DNA from: Ramazzottius varieornatus
Lineage: Eukaryota; Animalia; Tardigrada
Direction: 5' to 3'
DNA length: 64,000 bases
Assembly: GCA_001949185.1 (NCBI GenBank)
Contig: BDGG01000002.1
Span: forward strand, 7,182,448-7,246,447
Of the stretch, positions 52,338 to 64,000 are shown piece by piece (position 1 is the first letter of the stretch; the number at the start of each line of letters is the position of its first letter). A program made the position numbers and the translations under genes. The notes under the pieces were generated by a model. It saw only the letters and a program-made list of their open reading frames with translations, had not been told where the DNA came from and ran no database searches.

Positions 52338-52366
52338 CACTGACGGGTGATTGACACCCGTCAGTG
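52338..52366. repeat. Perfect 12-bp-arm hairpin with CACTG/CAGTG ends (minimal Family C-like)
   Basis: CACTGACGGGTG-ATTGA-CACCCGTCAGTG. Confidence 0.7.
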
Positions 52367-52414
52367 ATCGAAAAAATTAATGCCTTGTGGCCTCCTCAAC
52401 TTGAACAGAACGTA

Positions 52415-53724
52415 TTAAAAACTGTTCAGTGACTTGAATGATGACTGAACCGGCTTATCCGCGAACAAAGATTTCGGCCAGCCTGAACCGTAACGTTTCC
52501 GCCATATTCTCAGTCTCAGTCTGTACAGACCATATATTCCCAGTTGCATTAGAGGTAGTACCAAGACAGCAACCAGAATGAGAACCAAAGACGTGGTAAT
52601 GGGCGTATCTGCGAACAAAAACACACCGTGGTTATTCACCGCAAAATGCAAACATTTCTCAGTTTGGGAGCTCGGCCAACAAACTCCGCCAGATCGCTTC
52701 TCCAAGTGGCGCACGTCTTTGGGGCAACTAGATAGAAGCATGCGCCACTTGGGAAATCGATCTCGTCGAGTTTGTCTGTTGAGCTCTCATTTGCCTCCTT
52801 TTACTTTCGTAGTTGAGGAACCCGTATATGGGAAAAGGCCCTCGCTCCGTTTGCCAGAATATGACCGAAGCGGTGATGTAGGCTCCTCCAACGAAGTACG
52901 TCATGTAAATGTGCGCCAAATGCACGGGAATGGCCACCACGAAGAGGTCTATTATCGTCACGATGCCGTTGAGCAGGTGAGCATGGTAGCTCACCACGTT
53001 CAGGAGGTTCTCAACGTTGTCGTCGAAAGGCACAATCAGTGTCCAAAAACCCACGCAGACTAAAGGGTTCAAGCCGACTTGGAGGTTGAAGAATATCCAG
53101 TGAATTTTCAGTGAAAGAGGAAGTCCCTTGCCGGGCTGCGCTGGAGAAATCTGATCGGTATAGTTTGCGGTTGGTGCTTTCTTTCCTTGAAAGAAAAATA
53201 AATAAAATTCAGAGCTTGATTTGTCCGGAATGACTGGTCGAACACTCACTTTCTGCAAGGTAATAGTAGGTTACGCTGAAGGCAGAGTAGATCAAGTACA
53301 AATTGAACAGGGCGAATGTCCAGTTGGTGAGGAACACGAGCCACCACCACGTCGGTACGTACTCTGATATCGGGAAGGTATCGTTGCGGGTCGTCGTAGA
53401 TACTGGTGTTGTGGTGGGATGGTTAGGTTGTTCCAAGTCATCAATATCTTCGCCGGCACCCGGAATGATTCCGCCTCCCTCTACTATGCTGATCACGAAC
53501 CAGACAAAAAAGTAAGCAGCAAGCACCACCCGGTAAGCCGGATATTTCCATCCGGAAAATTCAGGCCACTAAAAAGATACACAGGATTCAGCCCAGAATG
53601 GTATAAACCGGCAGCTGCATCTCGATCCAACCTGACTTTCGGTAAACTTCTCCCGATCACCGTGGTGAAGTCCATGTTTCTTCCATGCAAACTCTTCTTG
53701 CACGAACACCACCAGCGACCTCAT
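52415..53724 (-). CDS. Rolling stone-like multi-pass membrane protein
   Basis: EEFAW..F.ESQ|W, WLVFLTNW, LKIHWIF, HLLN...DLFVVAIPVHLAH, IYGFLNY. Confidence 0.8.
52668..52786. repeat. Family A palindromic repeat, best-preserved copy, intronic
   Basis: GAGCTCGGCCAACAAACTC..AGATCG..CAAGTGGCGCAC-N25-ATGCGCCACTTGGG..CGATCT..GAGTTTGTCTGTTGAGCTC. Confidence 0.85.
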
Positions 53725-54213
53725 TTTGCTGTAAGGTGTGCGCTCCGCCTCCTTCTCTCAGTACAGCAAGGACCCCACTGGAATATCGAAGAAGTCAGAA
53801 GTACTTGAAAAACGCATTAAGCGAAAAAAAGGCTTAAGCTTTACCGAAGTAATCGGACGCACTCACGACTACAGTAGAAATGCAAACGAGCTCGTGGACC
53901 TTGACCACACATATGGAATCTTCGCTTCAAAGTATTCTTCCTCTGAGTGGAACCGATAAGATAGGTCTTTGTGACACTATGTGGATTTATTGTCAGCAAT
54001 TGGGCTTGTCTAAGATAAATCCCAGTCGTTTCGTTGTCACATAGAGTTCCGCTGTTTAGTTTCGAACTCGAAACAGCCTTATAACCTTCACAGCTGAGAA
54101 ACTTGGATCATACTGCACCGATCGAAACACGGATCGAACAAGCTCTCTGTTTCTCATTCCCAGAAAAAAAAGTTTTGTCTGTGGCACCTGTTAACAGGCT
54201 CCGTACGATAGTA

Positions 54214-55063
54214 CAGTCCGATTCAGCCAAGTTGACCCCATGACCGTATTCTTTCCTTGGAAAATTTTCGGTTTCTTTGATTCAGCTGGTTTGTTCTTCC
54301 AACAAGTTTGGCAAATTATTGCTTATGTTTCAAAAAGGTGTCAACGCGAACCTTCTTGTCGATGAAGAAGCGTACAGTTTTTGTCAACGATAGACCCATC
54401 GTTTTAGTATCTGATCCCTTAGCGTTGAGCAATTCTAATGCCTCAGGATTGCGGAGGACTTTGTCAAGGGAAGGGGCAAAAACGCATAAAAACCGTCGTC
54501 GCGCTGTGCGGTGATCAAAATTTGAAATAGACCCTATTTTTAGTTCACCAATTTTCGAGCAACGCTCGCAGGAAACCGATGGTGTAAAAACTTGGTTATT
54601 TTTCGACATCAAGATCACTTGATAAAACATGTTTTGTCTTGAGAAAACGTCGCCCGAAGAGTCTTCGCAGAAGTATTCAGGCGAGTGCAACTTTCTCGAT
54701 GACACGTCCCTATCACGATTTTTCAGAGCTCTGATAGATATAGGATTAGACAGATCAATGTTTTATCAATATTTTCCTGTCATGACCCTGTCATTCATAT
54801 GAATTGTGGAGGAGAAATTTTCAATCAATTTTCGCTACAGGGAAGCCGGGCGCACATTTAGGGTCCGACCACCTTTTCAGCCTGCCAAGGCTTCGTTCTG
54901 GCCCAAGCTAAAATTTCAAAAGCGCTATCTAGGATTGAAAATGGGCTTGTTCGGTTCCAAATAGAATGTAGTATCGTTTAAAAACAGTTTTGACCTTGTC
55001 TGTGATGTTTCGAGTAGTAAGAACTGTTCTACAAAACAGGGTCAACTTGGCTGAATCAGACTG
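54214..55063. mobile_element. Tc1/mariner-type non-autonomous element, 850 bp
   Basis: 25-bp TIR CAGTC(C/T)GATTCAGCCAAGTTGACCC with one mismatch, TA on both sides; no recognisable transposase ORF inside. Confidence 0.9.
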
Positions 55064-55122
55064 TACGAGTACAGCCTCAAAAGCATATTGAAAGCGAACA
55101 TACCATAAGAAAAAGGTAGAGC

Positions 55123-56293
55123 TCATTGAACCGAAGTGGACTTGACCGATTGTTCCTTGTTTGTGTCCGACGGGAGTTTCTGGCTAACGACACGAACCTC
55201 CTGGTTGAACTGCACGAACATCAGGGCAGCCGCTACGGCAGCTTGGATATGCGTCACCTCCACGTCGTGAGACCATTCCACTCTACCCCAATGACCAATC
55301 TAGCAACGGAAAAAGAACTCCGTTGGTAGAAAAAGAGAATGCCGTTCTCGCGCAAGTTTACCGAATGACTATACCTGATATTCTTCTTCCAGCCGTGACA
55401 AAGCGACTGCCGTTTCCACTGAGATGTGTCGCTCGACCAAGGCCAAAGCCAAAATGACCGACTTCAAAGCTTCCGAAATTTCTTGGAACCCTGTACGAAA
55501 GACTGACGAATGTTGGTAAAGTTTCGGTATTTCGATTACTTGCGCAGTGACGTCAGAAAATCACTCAAAATTACCAGCAGAAACGGACCTGCGATGGCGT
55601 CATGCGTCAATTCAACTGGGGCTTACCTACTAACGACCACGCATCAAAACTCCGCAGGAGTTTCCTTAGTTTCTCTTTGGTACCGTCAGGTATTTCAGGA
55701 CCAATAACGCTTGTCGACGAGCCGAATGCAACGTCAAATCGTTTTTCCACCCACTTCATGACAGGATCCCACGCTTTCTGCTGCAGTTCAGCGAGAACAG
55801 GAGGCTCTTCAGCCCGGAAACAGATGGTGTCCGTATCGAGGAAAGGCAGGGTTTGTTCGATCCTTTCTTCGGCCGTCTCATTCAGCGGATTGTCGATAGC
55901 CTTGTTGCACAGTCTGCTCATATACATCGATGATGTGCGGATGATATCCTTCTGTGCTTCCCATTCGGTCGCGACAGATAGCGCAAGTGGTTCATTGGGG
56001 AGCTTGACGATGTTACCCATCGGCGTCCGTAACCGTCTTCTGTCCAGGCTAATCTGAAACGCGCCATCTTCCTGAGAAATATTCACCGTCTTGTAGAATC
56101 TCTTTCTCTGCTGCGTGTAGCTTCTTGTGCAGGTAGTTAAGTGGAGACGCCAGCTTTCAGGGCCGCGTAGCAGCACGACACTCCGCGCACCGGAAGTTGT
56201 TCGAAATGGTGTAAAGGCATGCTGCAACAAGACATCCCGCACTACTCCGAGCTGGGGAGTAACCGCGCAGGCTCCCGATCTAGAACACAACAT
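55123..56293 (-). CDS. ATPAF2: Mitochondrial F1-ATPase assembly factor 2 (ATP12)
   Basis: KRFYKTV, LDRRRLRTP, LALSVATEWEAQ, LDTDTICFR, SRLEEEYQ|IGHWGRVEWSHD. Confidence 0.93.
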
Positions 56294-56940
56294 GAATAAG
56301 TTACAGGTTCAAGACAAGTCGGAGAATTTCACAGAAACGAAAGTGATGAGACCAGACCGAGCTGCGAATACAGGGTGGGGCCGAGACCGAAGGGGAAGAC
56401 TGAAGAAGCAGTATCAAGTATCAACAGAAACTTTCCGGACAGGGAAAGATTGCGAAAAGACCGAATGGTCTGAAAGGCGTGTCTGACTTTGTCTGAAGAC
56501 ACCTTGATTGTCTGATCAAGCGGTACCCTCTGAACAGGCAGCCGATCAAAACCAGCCTTCAAGGGGAACACCTTATCACCCTTGTATTTCGCAAAGTTGC
56601 CTTAAGGAGTTTATCTCAAATCGTTTTTTGAACGAGAAAGTTAATCATATTCTTGTAACTGATGTTGTTGGTCGTAGACGTAGTTTCCACGTTCTGACGT
56701 AAGGAAGGTACGGGAAGTTGGGAACTGAGCATCTTCACGGATTTCAACTACTGCTAGGCACGTAGTGCGAGTCTACTTGAAAACAGCCGGAGAAGAACTT
56801 CATGCTGGTGGATCCGGTAAGACCACAAAGTTTCTTTCGGTTCAGTGAGGGCATGAGGCTATGAGCAGCGTAGGTATCATACTTATGATCCCGTTTCAGG
56901 TCGATAAGAGCGAAGCCAAGGAGGTGAGAGGTGAGCAGGA

Positions 56941-58189
56941 ATGAGTAAGCTCAACAAGGATCAGAAGAGCAAAGTGCGGCAGTAAGTGAAACTTTGAGGC
57001 GCCATATAAGATTCCGTTGGACGCAGTAATTAACCGGGAATAATTTTCTTTTCTGCAGGTTCATCGATCTGACTGAAACTGGAGAAACTACAGCTATCAA
57101 CTGCCTTACACAATTCAACTGGCACGTAGAACGAGCTGCCGATGCTTACTTCACTAATCCTCGTCGATATGCCGCCACGACAGAAGTAAAGTCATCCGTC
57201 GACCGGAAGAAGATCGAGCAGTTGTTCCAGAAGTATAAAGAAATCGATCGAGAAAGGAACGAAGAAAGAATCTTGGTGAATGGTATGATTCGCCTACTCG
57301 AAGATCTCCGTCTTGCGCCCGATAGTATCCGGGTCCTAATCCTGGCTTGGAAATGTGAGGCCAAGACACAGTGCGAATTTAGGTGAGCCAAACTTTCACT
57401 TCCGGTTTGGAAACACGAAGATATCACGAGACTTTTCTGGTTGCAGTCGAGATGAGTTTACAAGAGGCCTTCTGGAACTGCAATCTGACTCTCTGGAAAA
57501 GCTCGGGAAGGTGCTACAAAGTACCGAATCGGAATTGCAGAATGTCCAGAAGTTCCGTGATCTGTACAGCTTCACTTATAACTGTAAGTCCAGCCTAACT
57601 TAGCCGCCTAACGGCCTTTCAGCGCTGAATTATTGCTCATGCAGTTGAGTTCATTCTAATTTCTCCAGACGCTCAGCAGTTTTCCACTCAGAAAAACCTG
57701 GACTTCGATGTGGCTGTAGCGTATTGGAGGATAATACTCACCGGACGCTTTTCTCTGCTGGAACTATGGCTGGAGTTTCTGAAGGTACGTGCGCCACTTT
57801 AACGGATAACAGTAACAGGGATTATAGTAGCCTCAAATCAAGTCACTGTGTCCGTATGGAATTCCGGGTTAAGCAAATGATAAGGAGCTTCGCGAACATT
57901 ATTTGAATGGAACTAACCTAATTCGTTGGAAGATAATCTCAGAAAAATATAACGCACGTTCAGAGGCCGAAAGGTTTTTGGTTTCTGTCGGCAGGAATTC
58001 AACAAGAACCGCTCCATCTCCCGTGACACCTGGAACCTTGTATTTGACTTTGCGGTGAACATAAACGGTGACCTAAAAAGATTTGACGGGGAGGGTGCGT
58101 GGCCCGTTTTGATAGATGAGTTCGTTGAGTGGGTTCGGCCTCGTGTTCCCAGTCAGGCCGACGACGATGTCATGATTGTCGAAGATTAA
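56941..58189 (+). CDS. DCUN1D1: DCN1-like cullin neddylation E3 (UBA-like + PONY domain)
   Basis: [62 protein letters not shown]. Confidence 0.9.
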
Positions 58190-58434
58190 ATTTTGCCACA
58201 GTCTTCTCCACAACTAGTTTACCCAGACACCTGTACAGTATCCCTCGATCTTTAATAGAGATGTTCTTTCCGGATTCAGTCTGTTGCTTTTTACCATGAG
58301 CCCTAATCTCCTTTGGCCATAATTTCTGGCGCGAAACTGCGGAAAGGTAGGTTTTAATGTTATGTATACCTAACAAAAATAGTATGGAAAAACAACGGGC
58401 GGATTAATTTAGGAAAGTTTGCGTGAGGGGAAAA

Positions 58435-60570
58435 TCATGCAGTCCTGTAAGTACGGTGTCCTTCGTGGAAGGATAACATTTCGCGTGTTCCAACCACACT
58501 ATCCCAGTTGAAAGACTTCATGCCGTTTTGCGAGGGATTCCCCAGTTCGTCAGACCCCGCTGTGTCGCGCGTGTTGCCTCTAAAGCGCACAACAAGCCCT
58601 CGGATGGTAACCTGCTGCCTGAGCTCCTTGGCCGAGGTCTTGGGCAGGCAAAAACACAGGAAGCCATAAATTATCCTGGCTTGACTCCGGTAACACGAAT
58701 TCCAACAGCAATAAATGAAGGGGCTGTAGCACTGTGGAGGAGGAAAACAACCATTATTGAAAGCGATGTCTTAAATAACCAACAGGCTTCCACGAATTGA
58801 CTGGAAACTTGAAGGAACAACTGAGTACTGTATTCCAATAATTGGGACGTCGGCGAATAATTTCACCCAGATCGTCTTTCCAAGTGGCGCACGCTCACCG
58901 CCAGGAAACCAGGAAAACGTGCGTAACTTCCGAAAGCGATCTGGATGAAATCATTACCCGTCGCCGATTACCGTGCTAGACATCGCGGTCCAGTGTAACA
59001 GCAGGAACAAGAATATGCTATGACTGGTCGGACCGTTTAAGTCTTCGAAATCGCGTCGCAGGTGGTAGACGGATATGGGAAGCCAGCACGTGGCGAAAAC
59101 CACCACGACGAGTATCTGCGAAACAAGCAGGTTATTTCTGGTAATTGTAGACAACATTAACAGTTTAAGTCTTCCAAGGTTCTCACCAGCATCTTGATCG
59201 ATCTTTGACGATTACGGATTATGAGACCGGCATTTTGTACCGAAAGGAAACCTCCGTTTAGCAAACCCGTGCTGCAGGAAAAGTGATATTTATGTGTCCG
59301 GAAGTACTAACGGTACGTTACTGTACAGACAGTACAGTTAATCGCATGGTTTCATGTTGCGTACTTCACGGAAAAGAAGTTGTGTGAAAACCATAGCTTT
59401 TGCGAAATCTTCCCGTAGCAAATGCCGGTGATGCTGAGTGGTATGCAAAATTGGAACAGAAAGGTAATTAGGGACAGGTAACGACGATAGGTGACTTCCG
59501 GTGGTGGAAAGATGGCAATGCACCTGTGGAATAACAGTATGATCGGAACTGGGAAAAGAAGCTTTTATACATGAAGTAAGAAATCAGAGGATAAAGTGTC
59601 TAAGCTGCGTGAGTTCATCCGGTAAATCCCAGCGAGCCCGCGACCTTGAAAGGGTCCTTGAGGTGGGTCTGTGGGCGGAACCTTACTAACCTAATCGATG
59701 TGGTGAAGGAAATTGCTGTGACGGTTTGATGGATGAGGGCGTAAGGAAGAGCTCCGAGGATACTGAAGGTCCACACCAGAATGACCAGCGCGATACCGGT
59801 GTGAATGGGCATCCGCGGACGGAGTGGATAGACCGTGACGATCAAGCGATCCACAGCTATGCAGACCATGGTCCAGGAAGCCGAGTAAACCGCCGCTACT
59901 TGGATGAAGGGAATCACCGAACACATTAATGAACCAAAAGGCCATTCTTCACTCAGGACCCGCACAAGGTTGAAAGGTATGTTGAGTACTGTAATGCATT
60001 TCAAATCATGGCTTTTATGGGTACTCAGACAAACCTCTCAGAAAATGTTGCCTTCGATTCTTGACATGACCTACCAGTTATGAGGATATCCGAAACGGCA
60101 ACATTGAGGAGGAAGATGTTGGTAACTGATCTGTGCATCCGTCGCATCTTTCCTACAGGAAAGCAAAAGCTTTGGTTAAACTTGAAAACTGTAACACAAA
60201 AGATACTGAAACATGTTTGGTTGTCCCATGCACGGATGAGGTGGGTACTGCACGTACCGATCACGAACAGGACAAGTAAGTTTCCCATCAAGGAGGCTAC
60301 GATGATTAGCGTGTAAGCACCAAGGACAACGCCCATCGCGGTACTTTGTAATCTGATAGGGTATGGCCATTCGGAGAAATCCACACTCTCCGCTCCGTGG
60401 AACGAGGTCTTGGACTGATTATCGCTCGGAAGCAGCTTCAAAAGATCGGCGAAGTTCCGGACACTAGATCGGTTCGAGTTCGGGGCGGGTCCTTCCTGTT
60501 CGTGAGATCCCGCATTCTGCATAAAATCCTTCATCTGCTGAAGAAGATCCGCAGCCGAAGACTCCGTCAT
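58435..60570 (-). CDS. Class A neuropeptide GPCR (RYamide/NPY/GPR83-like)
   Basis: GNLLV, TNIFLLNVAVSD, NIPF, WPFG..C, IAVDR, CWLP, HWTAMSST|CYSPFIY. Confidence 0.85.
58850..58958. repeat. Family A palindromic repeat in GPCR intron
   Basis: CCAGATCG..CAAGTGGCGCAC-N26-GTGCGTAACTTC..CGATCTGG. Confidence 0.75.
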
Positions 60571-62298
60571 TTTTTTCAACCAGGTTATTTCCGCAGGAAT
60601 GATAAACGTAATGACAAATGAGGAAGTCGATGTGTTGCCGAAAGGAGAAAATCGACGGTTTATCAAGTGAAGTCCCAAAGGTTGCAGATCAACATACAAA
60701 AATCTTCGATACGGCTTATCATTCATCAATTCACAGACGTCTTAATAATGAATAATCGCGCCCGTTTCTGGATGGCAGCTGGAAAGGTCGGTTAGGCCAG
60801 TGTTGAGGATCTTATTTAAGCTTTCATGCGAATCGGGTTTGTTGTTGGTGAACATCCACAGACGCGGTTCCAAAATCGATCTGTGCGTGTTGCTTTAGTT
60901 GGAGGCGCACCGGATGCGGATTGCAGTGATTACGGCTCTTGGCGAGGAAGTGTCGTGCTGTTAAATGCGAGTGTCCTTTTTGGTGAAAGACTGGCAACCC
61001 AAGAAGTACTCTTTAGCTTCCGCCAAGCGGCGCCTTAGGGGCGCCGACGTTTCAAGCTCTCAGGTCTCGATCAAGGGAAGACCATAACGAGCTCGAGAGC
61101 GACTTCAGATCACTGTAATGCTGCGCTTAAAAAAATCAGCCCTATGGCTTTTTAGTGTAAGTATGGCGTCGGATGGTTGGCCTTCGGGAAGCTGAGTCGG
61201 CCCATGTGTTTCAGCGGAAGACGGGTCGATTCATCCCCACTGGCTTTTGATCGAGTGCGTCTCCCAAGGATAAATGGGATAAATGTGCGAGGCAGTCAGT
61301 TGCTCGTAGATCCTGATTTTGTTTGTTCCACGCCCAACTAACTTCTCGGTAATTGCAAGGTTGGACTGTATCCCACATTATCGAGCCGTGAACGCTGTCA
61401 TTCTGCAGAAGGGTCCTCTTTTAGAAGTCGAAACCAGATCTTGAGCGTATGTGGTAATAGGCTTAAGTCAGTGGTATGTAAAATCGAGAGCAAGATTGAT
61501 TATCCGACGAAAAGACGACGGGTTGGTCTTTTTGTTGTTTACAACAGGTTCGTTTGTCTACGGGTGCTTCCATTCAGGCAGAAAACAGCCTCTCCGAGAC
61601 CCGTTTTAGAAAACTCGGGATGAGGTTCCCAAAATCATCAGTACGACCAGCTTCTGATCGAAGCAAATAAAACAGAACCGGGACTCTCATTCAATTTTTT
61701 CGACTTTGGTTCTGGTGAACCAGGAAGTAGCAAACCATACAAGACTCACAAGTTATGGTTTGGTAATCTGTCACATTTTTCTGTACTTGGGTTCGAGAAC
61801 CGAGACAAGTGACATTGCCCGAAGAGCTACTTACCAGTCTTGTCTTGTTATACTTTGCATAACCTAATCAGGAATTACGTCACCTTCAAGAGGCAAGTCT
61901 GTCGTTTGCCCGTTCTCAGCTGTTAACAAAAGCATAATTTATATCTTGTACATGGAAATTGCGTACGTAATCGAATTCAAATCTCTTTGATGATCAAGGG
62001 TCATCCTTCAAGAGGGAAATCCACTCTGAAACGATAGTGTGAAATCAGGGCTAAGAAGGAAATCCAGAAGATTGCGCGGACGGATTTCGGACAGCAGGAC
62101 AGAAATCGGAAAGATCTCCGGGCAATGGCGCTCTAACGAAGCGTGATTGAAGGTCTCATAAAACTTGATCCCACGGGGAAATGGAAGTCACAGTAGAAAG
62201 CTGATGACGGGATTGTACGGGAAACCTCGCAAAGCTCTTGAAGAAATTTAATCTTAGGTGCGGTAATACTTGTCACGGGTTTCGTTCTCGTTGTGGCG

Positions 62299-64000
62299 CT
62301 ATAGTTTCGGGAATACGCCCTCCCAGTTGCGATCGGTTAAGGGCTGGGACTTGAGCTGTTCAGCTTGGGCCAGCGCTTCCGCGTGACTGAGTGATCTCAC
62401 TTGTCCACCATGCTTGCCGTCCGGACGCATCATGGCCCCCGTGAAGGCTAAGCAACTCACTTCCCACTCGCCGATATCCTTATTGTACGTGCACTTACTT
62501 TCAATCAGCTCCTGCATCTTTTTGGGCAGGAGCTGATCGATCACCTTCTCATACAGGCGAATATTCTTCTCCACTTCCGCCTTACTCTGCTGTGCTGCCT
62601 CTAGCCTTTCCTGGTTTTCCTATATCACCAAAATCATAAATGTAATTGAAAACCCACTTCAGGCAATCACTCACACGCTCGTCTCACCTGTCTCAAGTCT
62701 TTCAAGTCTGCCCTCAAAGTCACGATTTCCTCTTCCAGTCTGGTAACCTCGAACTTCTTTGAGGTAGCGATTTCCTGCAGCGTCTGGTGTTTCTGCTCCA
62801 TCTTGGACCGTTCAATTTTCTTACTTAGTAGAGTTTTCCGTAAATCTTCTTCTCGCTTCCGGCGAAGCTCGAGTTCCCTGAAAGCAAGCGATGCGATTCG
62901 GCGAGACAAAGGACGAGATTAGGCGGGTGATGTAAGATGAGAGTACCGTACTTTGCGCTGGCTTCCAGCAGACGCTCTTGTTCTTCAGCCTTATCCAACA
63001 GGTTCTCTCCGCCGACAATGATAGTCTTCTCTAACAGAGACAGCTTTTCCGTCAATGCATTTCGTTCAGCGTCCGCCGCCGTCAGCTGTTCCTCTTTTGC
63101 GGCAATATCTTCTTGCAGCTTCTGGCGTTCCTTTTCACCAAGAAAGCGATTCCTTTCCAGCTCTTCGCGTTCTTCAGCGAGCTCATCCTGCAAACAAATT
63201 TAAAGTGCACTAAACCTTTGGATATTCCCTCAAATTATCCAAAAGAAAAACGGACCCGCATTTTCTTTAGCTTAGCTTTTTCTTCTTCTCGTTGCCGCTT
63301 TCTTAACATCATCTCTTCGGACATTCTTTTGCTGCCCGGTCCGTCATTCTCGCCGCCACCAGGGTCTTCGTTCAGCTGTCTTCGGAGTTCCTGTATCTCG
63401 TCTTCGAGCTTCCTCAAAAGGGCGTCTTTCGGGTCCTCGTTGATCTTGGCTGCATTCTTGATGGACTTGGCCCGGGTAGCATACCGAAGTGTGTTGACGG
63501 TTTCATCATAGTTGTAGCCGGCTGGTCCCACGTTGGCACACATCACCGTCTTCGAGTTACCCCCTAGCGAGTCTTGCAGGATCCGGGTCAGCTTTGAGTT
63601 GCGGTAAGGTACATGAGTGCTTTTGCCATCGGTCAGAGCGGCAATGACGTTACCCAGGTTGCTCAAACCGTGGTTGATTTTTGCGGCTTCCTTCAGTCGG
63701 TCGTCAGTCGCTTCCGTCTTCCTGTAAACCCCAACGCGACATTTTACAGAAATACTTTGGTAGAAGACCGAAAGACAGGCTTACGTTTGACGTTCGGAAC
63801 CCGCGAGGTCGACAAGGTTCAGCTTGCCTACGCAAAGGTGGACTGATCCATCAGAGCGCCGCTCGCTCTTTTCGACTATAACGGTGAAGATGGCGTGAGA
63901 TCGCGAACTGTGGAGATTCATCTTAGTAGCGGCGGTCACACGGTTCTTCTTGCCGACCGCCATGATGCGATCTAGGTCGTCTGCGGAATAAACCACTTGC
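62299..64000 (-). CDS. KIF3A: Kinesin-2 motor subunit, 3' portion (gene runs off the window; true C-terminus uncertain)
   Basis: [74 protein letters not shown]. Confidence 0.88.

Noticed and set aside
25913-52741. Recurring peptide [10 protein letters not shown] in several ORF-track entries (25913, 39772, 52415, 52578)
   Set aside because: Translation artefact of the intronic Family A palindrome, not a protein motif
54316-54705. 129-aa ORF inside the Tc1-like element as a possible transposase
   Set aside because: No HTH or DDE/DDD motif recognisable
1-64000. Known tardigrade tolerance genes (Dsup, CAHS, SAHS, MAHS), rRNA or tRNA genes, bacterial-like horizontally transferred genes
   Set aside because: No sequence I could recognise as any of these; identifiable genes are typical intron-containing metazoan genes

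Overview
Gene-dense eukaryotic (animal) genomic DNA with about 20 protein-coding genes in 64 kb, short spliceosomal introns (many 55-100 nt) and several head-to-head gene pairs. This fits a compact invertebrate genome such as a eutardigrade, but the taxon is my inference only. Recognisable genes in order: RNF145/TRC8-like RING ligase, a Gly-rich secreted peptide, GM2-activator-like ML protein, LMAN1/ERGIC-53, a tandem dermatopontin-like cluster (one apparently intact, one frameshifted, one fragment), NMT, RCCD1-like, HBP1 (AXH+HMG), a small protein with an Nbs1-type Mre11-binding motif, coronin, ADAM12/meltrin-like, an OB-fold/Zn-ribbon + double tandem-Tudor protein, cortactin, taspase-1, SLC22 transporter, rolling-stone-like, ATPAF2, DCN1, a neuropeptide-type GPCR and the 3' part of KIF3A. 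Non-coding DNA holds four TIR-bounded non-autonomous DNA elements (three families) and three families of short dispersed palindromes, mostly intronic. Top leads are two candidate unconventional DNA double-strand-break proteins (OB-Tudor fusion; FHA/BRCT-less mini-Nbs1) and an intronic palindrome family with conserved arms and a fixed 30-nt spacer of variable sequence. Gene models were spliced by eye, so some boundaries are approximate; no database searches were run.
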